Part shown: positions 43,054-52,303 of the stretch, one piece after another | How the letters are laid out: every line of letters begins with the position of its first letter | Numbering within the stretch: position 1 is the stretch's first letter | NCBI GenBank assembly: GCA_001829415.1 | Contig: MIBE01000005.1 | Span: 9,470 to 73,469 of the forward strand | From: Spirochaetes bacterium GWF1_51_8 | Lineage (GTDB): Bacteria > Spirochaetota > Brevinematia > Brevinematales > GWF1-51-8 | DNA: 64,000 nt | Reading direction: 5' to 3' | The notes under the pieces: generated by a model | The model's input: only the letters and a program-made list of their open reading frames with translations | Databases searched by the model: none | What the model was told of the DNA's origin: nothing | Translations under genes and position numbers: made by a program

Positions 43054-43082
43054 ATAATACTATCGAGATTATCCCGTGTCAA
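43054..43082 (-). promoter_or_regulatory. Putative promoter TTGACA-N17-TATTAT (minus strand) for the PIN operon
   Basis: The reverse complement reads TTGACAcgggataatctcgatagTATTAT. No ORF lies between it and the PIN gene. Confidence 0.45.
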
Positions 43083-43133
43083 TTAATCGTTCAATATATC
43101 ACAAATCTCCGCGCCTTTGCGGTTAAGATTTCT

Positions 43134-43210
43134 CACGCAGAGGACACAGAGAAGCGGACAATAGACTCTCTTAAAAGAGAGACTGTTAGTTTTCCTCAGC
43201 GTACTCCGCG
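43134..43210. repeat. Diverged copy of repeat module Z (Z3)
   Basis: cacgcagaggacacagagaagcggacaatagactctcttaaaagagagactgtt... aligns with Z1 and Z2. It is followed by an inverted Y-like segment at 43209-43270. Confidence 0.7.
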
Positions 43211-43287
43211 TTCTTTGCGTCTTCGCGACGGTGTTTATCCCGGACGGAGCGAGAGATGGTGTTTCCGAATGTTTTTTCCCTTTTTCT

Positions 43288-43526
43288 CCCCCGCCTCTAT
43301 GCCGTACTAAGAATCTAAGTCTTGGGTCACAAATAGTCTTCCCCGCGAAACGGTAAAAAACGCCGTTTGTCCGAGCCTTGCTTTATTTCTGTATAGTACA
43401 GCTTAACATGGCGAGTTACGGCGTTTTCGTTTCGCGTAGTTTATGCTAACGCTATGCAATCAGTAAGAACCGGCATCAAGGCGGCAGGGTTTCTTTGCAT
43501 GCTTTCTTTCCCCTGAAAGAAAGCAT
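43288..43526 (+). repeat. Element X, third full copy
   Basis: The same ordered modules as 14127-14350: cccccgcctctatgccg, a long hairpin at 43341-43436 with a different loop insert, ccggcatcaaggcgg, and the hairpin atgctttctttcccctgaaagaaagcat. Confidence 0.85.
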
Positions 43527-43615
43527 GTTTTGGGCACTGCCGAAGGGCTCTTTTTTTGACGATTTGGCGGTTTCCCTTTATCCTTATTCACTCAAGAAAT
43601 CGGAGGTACGTTATC

Positions 43616-44515
43616 ATGAAAGCGTTTTTATTTCCCGGACAGGGCTCGCAAAAAGTCGGAATGGGGAAGGACCTGATCGAAGAGTTTCCCGCCGCGCAGG
43701 AGATTTACGCCCGCGCCGACGAGGTGCTCGGCTTCTCGGTGTCCAACCTGAGTATGGAAGGCCCCGAGGACCAGCTCACCGACACACGGAACGCCCAGCC
43801 CGCGATCCTGACATATAACCATATCTCGGCGATGCTCCTGAAACAGAAGGGCATCAAGCCGGACTATGTCGCGGGGCATTCGCTCGGCGAGTTCTCGGCG
43901 CTCGTCGCCTCGGAGATGCTCGATTTTGAAACCGGCCTCAAGGTTGTCCGCAAGCGCGGTGAACTGATGGCCGCCGCCGATCCCGACGGCAAGGGCGGTA
44001 TGGCAGCGGTGCTCGGGCTCGACGACGATGTCGTGAAAAAGATTTGCGCCGATATATCGAAGACCGACTATGTCGAGCCGGTGAACTACAACTCGCCCGG
44101 CCAGGTCGTGATCTCCGGCCTCAAGACCGCTATCGAGAAATCGGTCGCGATCCTCGAAGAAGCCGGCGCGATGCGTGTGGTGGTGCTCAATACGTCGGGC
44201 GCGTTCCACTCGAAGCTGATGGAAAACGCCGCGAACGAATTCGGCAAGTTCCTCGAGGGCGTGGAGTTCAAAAAACCCGTGTGTAAAATCGTCTCCAATG
44301 TCACCGCCGAGCCGTATGACGAAGCGACGGTGCGCGACCTTCTCGTGCGCCAAATGAAGAGTCCTGTGCTGTGGACGACATCGGTGCTCAATATGCGGAA
44401 GGCCGGGGTGACCGAGGGCGTGGAGTGCGGTTTCGGCAACGTGATCCGCGGGCTGATTAAGAAGATCGACCGCGAGTTTGTTGTCGCCGCATGGAACCAG
44501 GCGCTCGGGGCGTAA
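43616..44515 (+). CDS. fabD: Malonyl-CoA:ACP transacylase
   Basis: MKAFLFPGQGSQKVGMG, GHSLGEFSAL and AFHS. Start chosen after a ggagg RBS. Confidence 0.92.
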   Translation: MKAFLFPGQGSQKVGMGKDLIEEFPAAQEIYARADEVLGFSVSNLSMEGPEDQLTDTRNAQPAILTYNHISAMLLKQKGIKPDYVAGHSLGEFSALVASEMLDFETGLKVVRKRGELMAAADPDGKGGMAAVLGLDDDVVKKICADISKTDYVEPVNYNSPGQVVISGLKTAIEKSVAILEEAGAMRVVVLNTSGAFHSKLMENAANEFGKFLEGVEFKKPVCKIVSNVTAEPYDEATVRDLLVRQMKSPVLWTTSVLNMRKAGVTEGVECGFGNVIRGLIKKIDREFVVAAWNQALGA

Positions 44516-44603
44516 AAACAATTTTCGTTTTTAACAGGAGTATTCTTCATATTTTTTGCATTCCTATGGTATAATAGATATCGAAGTAAAGGAGGGCGGG
44601 GAT

Positions 44604-45644
44604 ATGAAGAAATACTCCTTTTTATTTGTTTTTATCTTACTCTTTTCGAACTGCGCAATTCATTCCGATAATTATTTCGAGTACTATATCGATGCCGTCG
44701 TAGTCCCATATTTCGAAGACGGCTGGAACGGCGTTTGCCCTGTAAACGGGTACAGGTATATACAAATAAGCCAATTCCTAATCGTTCCGATAAATGTCGA
44801 GAAACACTCCGAATTTCGCGGTTTCGTTAAATCGGAGTATCCTGAGTATAAGACTAAAATATATATCGATTTTTATAACGCTATCCGAATCACGGATATG
44901 GATAATAATCCTGTCAATGATTCATATGACACAAACACCACCATGCTAATCAGCTATCACTTTACGACAGAAAATTTTTACGATGTTTGGGACGAGGTCG
45001 GTTCAATCTATTATGACTCAAAATACTACCCTGTTTATAGCACCTATGCCGGAGTTTTGTTTTATTCCGGGTTCGGTGAGGGTGCTTGGTTACGCTTAGA
45101 TGATTATCTTTATGGATTTCCTTTTATTACCAATGGAGTTCAGTTAAAGGTATGCAATTCTCCCGATCCGGGAAAACTTACAGAAACAGAAAACGGATTA
45201 CTTGCCGGGCTTTATTCTCAACTGTCCAACATGCTGAAAAATATCAATTTCTCCACATGTTCCAATTCGCAGAATTATGTTCATCTTTCCAATACCATTT
45301 CCCAGATTAGCAATTCGACATATAAGATCGAAGCATTTTTTGAAAACACATACAATAAAGATTTTGGCGCCATAGTATGGCTCAGAAATGAATTGGGTTC
45401 CGGTATCCAATCCGTTTCATGCGACGGGACAAATTGGCTGAACATTATTAAATATTGGCTGCCATATTATGCTAGAACGGAAATCACCAATACTTCTCCG
45501 TCTGTGTTCAAAATTACATATTTTATAAAAAAGGATTTTTCTTCCGCCTTTGAGAATCCGCTGTACCCGGACATCACAAATTCCCTCGGTATGCTACAAC
45601 TCGCCGCATACATAGAATCGGAATTCTTTGCTATTTCCCTTTAA
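44604..45644 (+). CDS. AT-rich hypothetical lipoprotein
   Basis: MKKYSFLFVFILLFSNC carries a lipobox. RBS aggaggg. No family recognised. It sits between fabD and fabZ. Confidence 0.65.
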   Translation: MKKYSFLFVFILLFSNCAIHSDNYFEYYIDAVVVPYFEDGWNGVCPVNGYRYIQISQFLIVPINVEKHSEFRGFVKSEYPEYKTKIYIDFYNAIRITDMDNNPVNDSYDTNTTMLISYHFTTENFYDVWDEVGSIYYDSKYYPVYSTYAGVLFYSGFGEGAWLRLDDYLYGFPFITNGVQLKVCNSPDPGKLTETENGLLAGLYSQLSNMLKNINFSTCSNSQNYVHLSNTISQISNSTYKIEAFFENTYNKDFGAIVWLRNELGSGIQSVSCDGTNWLNIIKYWLPYYARTEITNTSPSVFKITYFIKKDFSSAFENPLYPDITNSLGMLQLAAYIESEFFAISL

Positions 45645-45761
45645 AATACTAATTGAAAACTCTTTTAGTCATATTTATCAGTTAAAATCTAATAGGAATT
45701 ATTTGAGAAACATTGCATCTCTCATTATAATATCCCCAGTCAATAAATGGAGGTTGCCGGT

Positions 45762-46235
45762 ATGGCGGACAAGAAATTTTACGATGTCGTAGATATTATG
45801 AAGGTGCTCCCTCACCGTTTCCCTATACTGCTCGTCGACCGTGTGACCGAAGTACGCGAGGACGGCGGTAAGGGATATAAGAACGTCACTATCAACGAGG
45901 ACTTCTTCAACGGCCACTTTCCCGGCGCCCCGGTGATGCCGGGCGTATTGCAGGTGGAAGGGATGGCGCAGTGCGCCGGGTATGTCGTGATGAAGTCGCT
46001 GATGGACAAGGGCGAATTCAACCCGGAAGAGAATGTTATCTTCTTCATGAAGATAGACGGGGTGAAATTCCGCAAGCCGGTACGCCCAGGCGACCGTCTG
46101 GACTACGAGATCACCATCACGAAGATGCGCGGCAAGATCGGCGTTTTCGCCGGGGTCTGTAAGGTCGACGGCGAGGTCTCGTGCGAGGCCGAGATGACCG
46201 CGATGATCGTGAAAAAAGACGAAGCAAACAAATAG
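45762..46235 (+). CDS. fabZ: 3-hydroxyacyl-ACP dehydratase
   Basis: LPHRFPILLVDRV...NEDFFNGHFPGAPVMPGVLQVEGMAQ. Confidence 0.92.
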   Translation: MADKKFYDVVDIMKVLPHRFPILLVDRVTEVREDGGKGYKNVTINEDFFNGHFPGAPVMPGVLQVEGMAQCAGYVVMKSLMDKGEFNPEENVIFFMKIDGVKFRKPVRPGDRLDYEITITKMRGKIGVFAGVCKVDGEVSCEAEMTAMIVKKDEANK

Positions 46236-46242
46236 CATACGA

Positions 46243-46269
46243 CAGCCGGGGAAACCCGGCTGATATTTT
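46243..46269 (+). terminator. Intrinsic terminator after fabZ
   Basis: Stem cagccggg-gaaa-cccggctg followed by atatttt. Confidence 0.6.
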
Positions 46270-46283
46270 GTAAGGATAAACTA

Positions 46284-47147
46284 TTGAAGCCGATCACAAT
46301 CTCCGGGTTATCGTTCCGCAATCCCGTCCTCACCGCGTCGGGCACGTTCGGGATGGGCGGCGAGTTCGAAGGCCTTGTCGACTACTCCAGACTCGGCGGG
46401 ATCACGCTGAAAACCGTGACGCCTAATCCCCGCGCGGGCAACCTTCCGCCCCGGATTATCGAAACGCCGTGCGGCCTCCTGAACTCTATCGGCCTCGAGA
46501 ATCCCGGTATCGACGCGGCCGTCGCGGAGATCGAAACCCATCGCCCGTTCGCTAAAATGGACACCAATATCATATTCAGTATCGCGGGCGAGAGCACTGC
46601 CGATTTCGTCAGGATGGCGGAACGTGTGATCGAAACAGGCGCGGTCGATATGCTCGAACTGAACCTGAGCTGTCCCAATCTCCACGCGGGCGGTGCGACG
46701 TTCGACTCCGACTGCGTGAATGTCCGCGAGATCGTATCCGCCGTCGAGCGCCTCGGGTTTCCGTTCACAGTCAAGCTCAGTCCTAATAACGATATCATCG
46801 CATCGTCGCTCGCCGCCGAAGACGCGGGCGCGCCGTGCCTCACCATCTCAAACACCTACCTCGGGATGGCGTTCGACAGGAAGACCGGCGAGCCTCTTTT
46901 CCGTAATAAAGTCGCGGGCTTTTCGGGCCCCGCGGTCAAGCCTATCGCGCTCTATAACGTCTACCGCGTGGCGAACAAGGTGAAAGTCCCGATCATCGCA
47001 TCGGGCGGGGTAGCGTGCACCGAAGACGCCGTCGACTTCATTCTCGCCGGGGCGGCGCTCGTCTCTATCGGCACGATGAACTTCGTCGAGCCGGATATCG
47101 CGGAAACGATAGCCATGGGGCTTACAGCCTATTTTAAGGAGAAATAA
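46284..47147 (+). CDS. pyrD: Dihydroorotate dehydrogenase, class 1 catalytic subunit
   Basis: LSFRNPVLTASGTFG, NSIGLENPG, ELNLSCPN and a C-terminal IASGG. A TTG start is inferred. No pyrK lies adjacent. Confidence 0.88.
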   Translation: MKPITISGLSFRNPVLTASGTFGMGGEFEGLVDYSRLGGITLKTVTPNPRAGNLPPRIIETPCGLLNSIGLENPGIDAAVAEIETHRPFAKMDTNIIFSIAGESTADFVRMAERVIETGAVDMLELNLSCPNLHAGGATFDSDCVNVREIVSAVERLGFPFTVKLSPNNDIIASSLAAEDAGAPCLTISNTYLGMAFDRKTGEPLFRNKVAGFSGPAVKPIALYNVYRVANKVKVPIIASGGVACTEDAVDFILAGAALVSIGTMNFVEPDIAETIAMGLTAYFKEK

Positions 47148-47150
47148 CCG

Positions 47151-48272
47151 ATGGATTCGACCGTCTCGATAGTCCGCTGCGGGGAATATGACAGAAAGCC
47201 CGTGTACGATAAGATCGGCGAAGCGATCGCTCTCGCGGGCGGGCTTTCGGAGTTCAAGGGCAAAAAGGTGCTCCTGAAACCGAACATCCTCTTCCCGGTC
47301 GGGCCGGAACGCCCGTTGACGACAAATCCCGTTTTCGCGGGCGAAGCGGCGCGTCATTTTCTCGAAGCGGGCGCATATGTCTATGTCGGCGATTCCCCCG
47401 GGGTGCACCCGTCTCACACCGCCGGGCGCGCGAGCGGGATTATGCAGGCCGTGCTTGACGCCGGGGCGCACTGGGTCGATTTCCACAAGGGAGTCGAACT
47501 TCCCAACCCCGACGGCAGAATGGTCAAGCGTTTCCTGATCGCGGACATCATCCAGGCGGTCGACGCCGTGGTCTCGCTGCCGAAACTGAAAACCCACGGG
47601 ATGATGTACTACACGGGCGGGATGAAGAACCTCTACGGAATGATCCCCGGCCTCAATAAAGCCCAGCTCCATGTCCGTTTCCCCGAACGCGAGAATTTCG
47701 CGGCGATGATTGTCGATCTCAATCTGCTCCTGAAGCCAGCGATGTGTATTATGGACGGGGTCGTCGCGATGGAAGGGCCGGGCCCCAGTAACGGCTACCC
47801 GCGCAATACGGGGGTGATTCTTGCCTCGAAGAACATCCTCGCCCTCGATATCACTGCCTGCCGGATCATCAACTACAAGCCCGAGCATATTCCGATCCTC
47901 GCCGACGCGCTCACCCGCAAATACTGGCTCACGTCCCCGGACGAGATTACAGTCAAAGGTGAGACTGTCGAAAGCGTCTTCGTCAAAGACTTCAAGCATG
48001 TCAAGATCGTCCATGACGCCGGGTTTATCAAGAAAAGCCTGCCGTGGCTCTTCAATTTCATCAATAAACTGATCGTACCGAAGCCCCGTTTCCTCCACGA
48101 CAAATGTATCCGCTGCGGGGAGTGCATCAAGATATGCAAGTCGAACGCTCTGGTGTTCAAGCACGACCCGAAGTCCTCGCGGGGGAAAAAGGTCGAGGTC
48201 GATTACCGGAAATGTATCCGGTGCTACTGCTGTCACGAGATTTGCCCGGCGGACGCTATCCGCCTGAAATAG
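47151..48272 (+). CDS. DUF362 domain protein with C-terminal 2x[4Fe-4S] ferredoxin motifs
   Basis: VLLKPNI... DUF362-like core, then CIRCGECIKIC and CIRCYCCHEICP. Confidence 0.75.
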   Translation: MDSTVSIVRCGEYDRKPVYDKIGEAIALAGGLSEFKGKKVLLKPNILFPVGPERPLTTNPVFAGEAARHFLEAGAYVYVGDSPGVHPSHTAGRASGIMQAVLDAGAHWVDFHKGVELPNPDGRMVKRFLIADIIQAVDAVVSLPKLKTHGMMYYTGGMKNLYGMIPGLNKAQLHVRFPERENFAAMIVDLNLLLKPAMCIMDGVVAMEGPGPSNGYPRNTGVILASKNILALDITACRIINYKPEHIPILADALTRKYWLTSPDEITVKGETVESVFVKDFKHVKIVHDAGFIKKSLPWLFNFINKLIVPKPRFLHDKCIRCGECIKICKSNALVFKHDPKSSRGKKVEVDYRKCIRCYCCHEICPADAIRLK

Positions 48273-48296
48273 AAACCGGAATCGATAGGGGGAGAT

Positions 48297-48773
48297 ATGC
48301 GGAACGATATCATCATCCGTCCGGCCGCCGCGGGCGATATCGACGGGATCATCCCGGTCTGGAAGGAGTTCGCGGAATTGCACGGAGGACTCGATCCCCG
48401 TGAACGGAAAAAGCCCAAGGCCGAACAGGCCTTCCGTCAGACGCTCGCGGAGAAGATCGGCGGGGACAAGTCGGGCGTGCTAGCCGCGTTAGTCGATAAC
48501 GAGATCACCGGGTTTGCACTGTTGTCGGTCAGGAAGGACGATCCTGTTTTCCCCGATCCGGACTTCGGGTTCGTGGAGATTCTCGCGGTATCGGATAAAT
48601 GGCGGCGGCACGGGATCGGCGAACTGCTCTATCTCGAAGCGGAGAAGTGGTTCAGAAGCCAAGGGCTGACCCATATCGAGCTTTTCATCGTCCCCGCGAA
48701 CATCCTCGCCTCGTCGTTCTGGAAAAAGATGGGTTATTCGCCCTATCTGGAACTGCTCTACAAAAAGATTTGA
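48297..48773 (+). CDS. GNAT-family N-acetyltransferase
   Basis: ILAVSDKWRRHGIGELLYLEAEKWFRSQG is the acetyl-CoA-binding R-x-x-G-x-G motif. Confidence 0.85.
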   Translation: MRNDIIIRPAAAGDIDGIIPVWKEFAELHGGLDPRERKKPKAEQAFRQTLAEKIGGDKSGVLAALVDNEITGFALLSVRKDDPVFPDPDFGFVEILAVSDKWRRHGIGELLYLEAEKWFRSQGLTHIELFIVPANILASSFWKKMGYSPYLELLYKKI

Positions 48774-48789
48774 CGGCTCCGCCCTGAGA

Positions 48790-48911
48790 GTGTTGACAAA
48801 CTCATTATGTCATTGCGAGGCGTCATAGTGAGCAGGTCATCCCGAGCTTGCCGAGGGACGAACCATAGCCACAGTGACATAAAATCATGTATTTTATCAG
48901 TATGTCAACAC
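48790..48911. repeat. 122-bp palindromic MITE-like element
   Basis: Outer inverted repeat gtgttgaca / tgtcaacac. Inner inverted repeat ttatgtcat / gtgacataa. The core tgtcattgcgagg...cccgag is REP-like. Confidence 0.6.
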
Positions 48912-48988
48912 GCCGCCCGTATGCAATATTTCTTTATTTCCGCCGCGATTATGATATAATATAGAGACTGATACGACATGGGGTAACT

Positions 48989-50368
48989 ATGAGAAAAGTT
49001 TTCGCCTCGCTTGCGCTGATCGCGGGTTTGACCGTCTCCGCGCTCTATGCCGATCCTATCGACAACGAGATCGAGAAGGCGATGCAGCTATATCCGAAGA
49101 ACAAAACCGCCGCGCTCACGATTATGACCAATCTTTACCATTACTCGTCGGGGCAGATCCTGAAAATCCGGCAGGTACTGACCTCACGCGGTTTCTATAC
49201 GTTTTATATGGAATTCCTGCGCCTACTCCCGAAAACAAAGCCGGTGGCCGGCGAGATCATCTATCAGGTCTTCGCCACGTCCGATTTCGAGTTCCTCGCG
49301 GACGATATCCGCGGCTACCTCGGGTTCTACGATAAGGAAATCCTCATCAACTACTACTACAAGGGCATCGCCGAGGACAAGGCAGTTACCGCGCTCGCGG
49401 GCGAGATCGGCGACCCGGTTTTCTTCGAGCTCCTTAAGCGAAGTCTCATCCTCGCCGGCACCCCCGAGAAGTTCGATAAAGTCCTGATCGAGCACAAGAG
49501 TAAATCGATCCTGCCCGACACGGTGAAAAAGTTCATCATCGAAAGCTGGCGCTACAAGATACGCGACCTCGGCCCGCTGATCGCCGCCTACGGCCTCGCG
49601 GACGATACCGTCCTACGCCCGTTCTATCTCTATTCGCTCTTCGTTAATAACCGTTTCGCCGAGATTATCGAGCTCTACCTGAAAGACCCGTCGCTGTACC
49701 CGAAAGACGCGATGACTTCCTACCAGATCGACGTCCCGTATTATGTCGCCTATTCCTACTACCGGACAGGCGACTATGCCAAGGCGATGGAAATGATCGG
49801 CAAAATCTACATGCCGTGGAACGTCGATATCAATAAATTCATCACTCTCTGCTACCTCGGCAAGAGCGATTACAAGCAGGTCAAGATGTGGATGCCGAAG
49901 ATGAAGAGTAACGATACCTTCCAGTTCATCAAGGGGTTTACGGCGATACTCGAGGGAAGAACTAACGAGGGCATCCAATCGCTCGAACTTTACCTCTCGG
50001 ACACTTCCGCCGCGCACCTGTTTACGGTCGAGGCGCTCCTGCTGGCGTTCACCTACTATAACAATCCGTCCGAACTGCCGGAAGTCGCGGGGCTTGTCAA
50101 GCTCGCGCTCCTGGATCAGCCGCTGCCCGGTACGGCGGACGTGTCGTTATCGCAGGCATACGCCGCCGGAAAGGACACTCCGGTCCAGCCCTCGCAGTCG
50201 AAGATCATCGACGATTTCGTCGTATACAAGAATTGCGTTCAGATGATGAAAAAGGGCAAGTACGACGAGGCGTCGCAGGCGCTGACAAAGCTCATCAAGT
50301 CGCCGGAGACTTCCCCCCTCATCCGCGCGCTCGCCGTGTTCCAGCTGAGAAAAATTCCGCAGGGTTAA
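48989..50368 (+). CDS. Secreted helical-repeat (TPR-like) hypothetical protein
   Basis: Signal peptide MRKVFASLALIAGLTVSALYA, with helical-repeat composition. Its stop lies 2 nt before the MFS start. Confidence 0.65.
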   Translation: MRKVFASLALIAGLTVSALYADPIDNEIEKAMQLYPKNKTAALTIMTNLYHYSSGQILKIRQVLTSRGFYTFYMEFLRLLPKTKPVAGEIIYQVFATSDFEFLADDIRGYLGFYDKEILINYYYKGIAEDKAVTALAGEIGDPVFFELLKRSLILAGTPEKFDKVLIEHKSKSILPDTVKKFIIESWRYKIRDLGPLIAAYGLADDTVLRPFYLYSLFVNNRFAEIIELYLKDPSLYPKDAMTSYQIDVPYYVAYSYYRTGDYAKAMEMIGKIYMPWNVDINKFITLCYLGKSDYKQVKMWMPKMKSNDTFQFIKGFTAILEGRTNEGIQSLELYLSDTSAAHLFTVEALLLAFTYYNNPSELPEVAGLVKLALLDQPLPGTADVSLSQAYAAGKDTPVQPSQSKIIDDFVVYKNCVQMMKKGKYDEASQALTKLIKSPETSPLIRALAVFQLRKIPQG

Positions 50369-50370
50369 AT

Positions 50371-51633
50371 ATGAGTACGCTTTTCTACCACCGTAAAAAC
50401 TCGCTGATTCATCTCGTCGACGCCGGGAGCTTTTTTATCGGGATCAGCCTTTGCTCGTTCTCAGTCATCATCCCGTCGTATGTGAAATCGTATACCGATA
50501 ACGTCCTTCTTCTCGCGCTCCTGCCGATCATCTGGGAATGCGGGAGCTATGTTCCCCAGCTTTTCTCGATCTTTCACGCGCAGAAGAAACGCACCCAGAA
50601 TCCGATCCGCACCTATTTTATCTACGAGGGCATCCACCGTCTCAGCTTCATCCTGATCGGCATCTCCATCCTGATCTTCGGGAACAATCCCCTGCTCTCG
50701 CTCATCAGCTTCTACGTCTTTTTCATCCTTTCAAACCTGTCGTGGGGGTTGTCGATCCCGCATTGGATCGATACGCTTTCGATGACCATCCCGGACAACA
50801 TCTTCGCGTCGTTCATCGGGAAGCGCGATATGGTCGCGCGGTTTATCGGAATCGCCTCGTCGTTCGCCCTGCCTCTTCTTCTATCCCTCGCCGTCTTCCC
50901 GTGGAACTACGGCTACCTCTTCCTGATATCGGGCATCTTTTTTACCGGCGGGTCGTTCGCGATCCCGTTCCTCGACGTACTCTACCCGATGAAGCGGGAA
51001 CCGCTCCACCCCGAGCTTAAGTTTATGCGGTTTATCCGCGACGGCCTCAAGACCATCGTGTCGAACTCCGAGCTCCGGTTTTACCTCCTGATCTTCTGGC
51101 TGATGGGGAGCGCGAGGATTACCTACGCGTATATGGCGCCGTATGTCAAGGACAACATCATCACGCTCTACCCGCCGGAGTCCGCAGGGTTTATGTTCAG
51201 TTGGTATAACACCTCGTTCCTGATCGCGGTCGCGGTCACCTCGTGGCTGATCGGCGAAGTGGCGCACAGGTTCAAACAGAAGGTCACCGCGATTGTCGGC
51301 GTAGTCTCATTGGTCGCCGCGAACCTCCTTCTCGTCTTCATCCCGAGTTATATCTCCGCCATCGCCGCGAACATCTTCCTGGGGGCGTTCATGAACGCGG
51401 CATATCTCGTGACAATGACCAGTATCATGGAAAGCTCCGCGCCGGACCGCCGCGCCACCCTTTACGCGGTCAACAACACGGTGACAGCGGTGTTCATCGT
51501 GGCGTTCTCCCTGCTGGGGAGTGTCTTCGCGTCGTTATGGAAGTACCGGGGCGCGCTGCTGCTGTCGGCGTTCCTGCCGCTCGCCCTGCTCGTCCCGCTA
51601 TTAATCAGGAAACCCGCGAAGTTCCGGGACTGA
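50371..51633 (+). CDS. MFS-type transporter (about 12 TM)
   Basis: Start chosen at MSTLFYH. The ORF-track N-terminal extension overlaps the previous gene. There are about 12 hydrophobic helices. Confidence 0.7.
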   Translation: MSTLFYHRKNSLIHLVDAGSFFIGISLCSFSVIIPSYVKSYTDNVLLLALLPIIWECGSYVPQLFSIFHAQKKRTQNPIRTYFIYEGIHRLSFILIGISILIFGNNPLLSLISFYVFFILSNLSWGLSIPHWIDTLSMTIPDNIFASFIGKRDMVARFIGIASSFALPLLLSLAVFPWNYGYLFLISGIFFTGGSFAIPFLDVLYPMKREPLHPELKFMRFIRDGLKTIVSNSELRFYLLIFWLMGSARITYAYMAPYVKDNIITLYPPESAGFMFSWYNTSFLIAVAVTSWLIGEVAHRFKQKVTAIVGVVSLVAANLLLVFIPSYISAIAANIFLGAFMNAAYLVTMTSIMESSAPDRRATLYAVNNTVTAVFIVAFSLLGSVFASLWKYRGALLLSAFLPLALLVPLLIRKPAKFRD

Positions 51634-51664
51634 TTTTCCGATACTATTCTATCGAGGGGGCCGT

Positions 51665-52303
51665 ATGTCCCAGCCGAACAAGTATGACGAATTGACCGAC
51701 GAAGAACTGCTGAAAATTATCAAGACCGATAAAAACGCCGAGAGTAAGTTTTACGCGCGTTATAAGAACAAGGTGAAGTTCTTTATCCGGAAGTACCGGA
51801 TGAACTCTCTCGAGCGCGAGGATTTGATTCAGGAAGGGATGATCGGGCTTTTCAACGCTATCGAGACGTTCGATACCGGAAAGGGCATTAAGTTCGTGAC
51901 CTACGCAAGTGTGTGTATCAAAAACCGCATCCATAACACGGTCAACTCGATGTGGAACCGCCGGAAAAACGAGGGTTTTCTCCAGGAAGACGAGGACGTC
52001 CCGACCGAGTTTTCGCCCGAGGAGAACGCCATCCTGGGCGAGATTTCGGAGAACTTGAAGAAGGCCGTGCTGGGTTTCAACCCTGTCGAGAAATCCGTCC
52101 TGCAGATGTACCTGGATAAAAAATCATATCAGGAAATCGCTTCAAGTCTTGATATTTCAACTAAAAAAGTGGATAATATTTTGATGAAGATTAAGAGCAT
52201 CCTCGCGGAAAAGGTCGGCGATTCCGATATCGACCTGCGAAGCGAGTTCTGGGACGAACAATTAAAGAATTCGATTCACAAGGGGTTAGAAGATGAAACT
52301 TGA
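51665..52303 (+). CDS. Sigma-70-family RNA polymerase sigma factor (regions 2 and 4 only)
   Basis: Region 2: EDLIQEGMIGLFNAIETFDTGKGIKFVTYASVCIKNRI. Region 4 HTH: SYQEIASSLDISTKKVDNILMKIK. Confidence 0.85.
   Translation: MSQPNKYDELTDEELLKIIKTDKNAESKFYARYKNKVKFFIRKYRMNSLEREDLIQEGMIGLFNAIETFDTGKGIKFVTYASVCIKNRIHNTVNSMWNRRKNEGFLQEDEDVPTEFSPEENAILGEISENLKKAVLGFNPVEKSVLQMYLDKKSYQEIASSLDISTKKVDNILMKIKSILAEKVGDSDIDLRSEFWDEQLKNSIHKGLEDET

Noticed and set aside
50233-50370. The N-terminal extension of the MFS ORF, which overlaps the preceding gene by 136 nt.
   Set aside because: The extension is R/A/G-rich with no TM segment. The ATG at 50371 lies 2 nt after the upstream stop and begins the hydrophobic transporter sequence.
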